From Octopus bimaculoides (Eukaryota): DNA of 64,000 nucleotides. Positions 62,730 through 64,000 of this stretch are shown piece by piece. The first letter of the stretch is position 1; every line of letters begins with the position of its first letter. The DNA lies in NCBI RefSeq assembly GCF_001194135.2, contig NC_068986.1, positions 114,195,299 through 114,259,298 of the forward strand, written 5' to 3'. The position numbers and the translations under genes are program-made. A model generated the notes under the pieces. That model did not search any database. It had not been told where the DNA came from and saw nothing but the letters and a program-made list of their open reading frames with translations.

Positions 62730-63780
62730 TTGTGGTGGCGGTTGCGGTAGTGGTAGTAGTACGATGGTGATGATGATCGTTGCACTAGTGATGGTTGTGG
62801 TGCGGTACTGAGAGAGTACTAATGTTAATAGTGGTGGTGGTGGTGGTGGTGGTCGAGGATGTAATGGTTGTGGTGGGGATGATAGCACTGGTGGCGATGT
62901 TGACAATGGCGATCCCGGAGTTAGTGGTGTCGTTTATGGTGGCAGTGATGATGGTAGTGGTGGTAGTGGTGGTAGTGGTGGTGGCAGTGTTGAGAGTAGC
63001 AATACTGTTGCAAGACATAGCTGCACCTGGGCTGTTGCCCAGGTGCCGTTCGGGCCGAGGGAGCCAATGACAATATAGGAATGAGTAATGTGCCTCCGTC
63101 AATAAATAAATGTAAGGAGACCAATACATTGCTTTGTATGAGGACAACTATAATGTGGTTGACCAAAGCTCGGTAATAGTGGTGTAGGTGCTGATGGCGA
63201 TGGTAGTAGTGTTGATGGCAGTAGCGGTGGTGGAGGTGGCGGTGGTGGCGGTGGTGGTGGTGGTGGTGGAAGTAAGATGAAGCCTGTTTAGTTGATATAG
63301 AAGTGGGCAGGTTTGATTTGATCCTGCAAATGGAGACGCTGTTTCAAAGCCCAAACATCTCACACTACTGCCATCACCAATACCATTAACAACATCATAC
63401 AAACACCAACATCACAATCACGAACAACACCACTATACCACCACTACCTTTACCACTACAGCCTCTACTACTATCGCCACCACCAAATACAACACCACTT
63501 CTACCACCAGCGACAACATTACAAACGCCACTGCCGCCGCGATCAGAATTAATACTACGCCACCACCTCCACTGACACCACCACCACTACAACATTACCT
63601 TCTCCTCCACATCCAACAGTAACAACAATACCACCACTACTAACACTAATACCACTACCACCATCATTTCCAACACCAGCAACAACACACACACACACAC
63701 ACCAACACCATCACAACTATCACTGCAACCCCATCAACCACCACCACCTTTGTTACTACCACTACACACATATCGACCAA
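62730..63780. repeat. Two opposed trinucleotide low-complexity blocks, (GGT/AGT)-rich then (ACC/ACT)-rich
   Basis: 62730-63270 is G/T-rich and 63360-63780 is C/A-rich, separated by an about 90-bp unique spacer. Confidence 0.85.
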
Positions 63781-64000
63781 TCAACTCCTCTTAACCGATT
63801 CCAAATTCACTCACCAATAGACTTGCTACTCCAATTCCTGTATTCAACATCTCTGCCAATGCAAAATGGCCAACACTTAAACATTACACACTTCCTTTTT
63901 GTCTTCCATCATTATTGATTTTTATACAAACACACACAACACGCACACACATACCTACAACATATATATATATGTGTGTATGTATGTATATACATATATA

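Overview
AT-rich eukaryotic DNA, very dense in microsatellites, with 13 N-gaps that are nearly all flanked by simple repeats. The SINE families and repeat landscape look like a coleoid cephalopod, probably Octopus; this is an inference from recalled repeat families, not a database result. I can support no host protein-coding gene with confidence. Most ORFs in the track are translations of microsatellites or N-gaps, and only a few low-confidence exon candidates remain, so the window is probably intronic or intergenic. It holds at least four tRNA-headed or modular SINE families, decayed LINEs (two R4/Dong-type RLE elements, two RTE, one CR1-like, Tx1/L1-like), Penelope-like RT and GIY-YIG fragments, and hAT, MULE and mariner fossils plus a MITE. 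The best lead is a set of small, ORF-less, (TA)n-anchored elements built as inverted or partial-tandem repeats that carry minimal type I hammerhead ribozyme motifs. They are a twin inverted hammerhead at 41786-42026, a 304-bp partial tandem with a decayed hammerhead at 7486-7930, and a variant hammerhead beside a Penelope GIY-YIG fragment at 16199-16234. Together they resemble Penelope pLTR or retrozyme-type non-autonomous elements. Other leads are an unexplained GC-rich multi-stem fold with a GNRA tetraloop (9630-9764), an RFX/NF-Y/YY1 motif cluster (19575-19804), an E-box cluster (60760-62225), (ATT)n-bracketed insertions, and a CR1 3' tail shared with the commonest SINE. All alignments, translations and folds were done by eye; boundaries of decayed elements are approximate.
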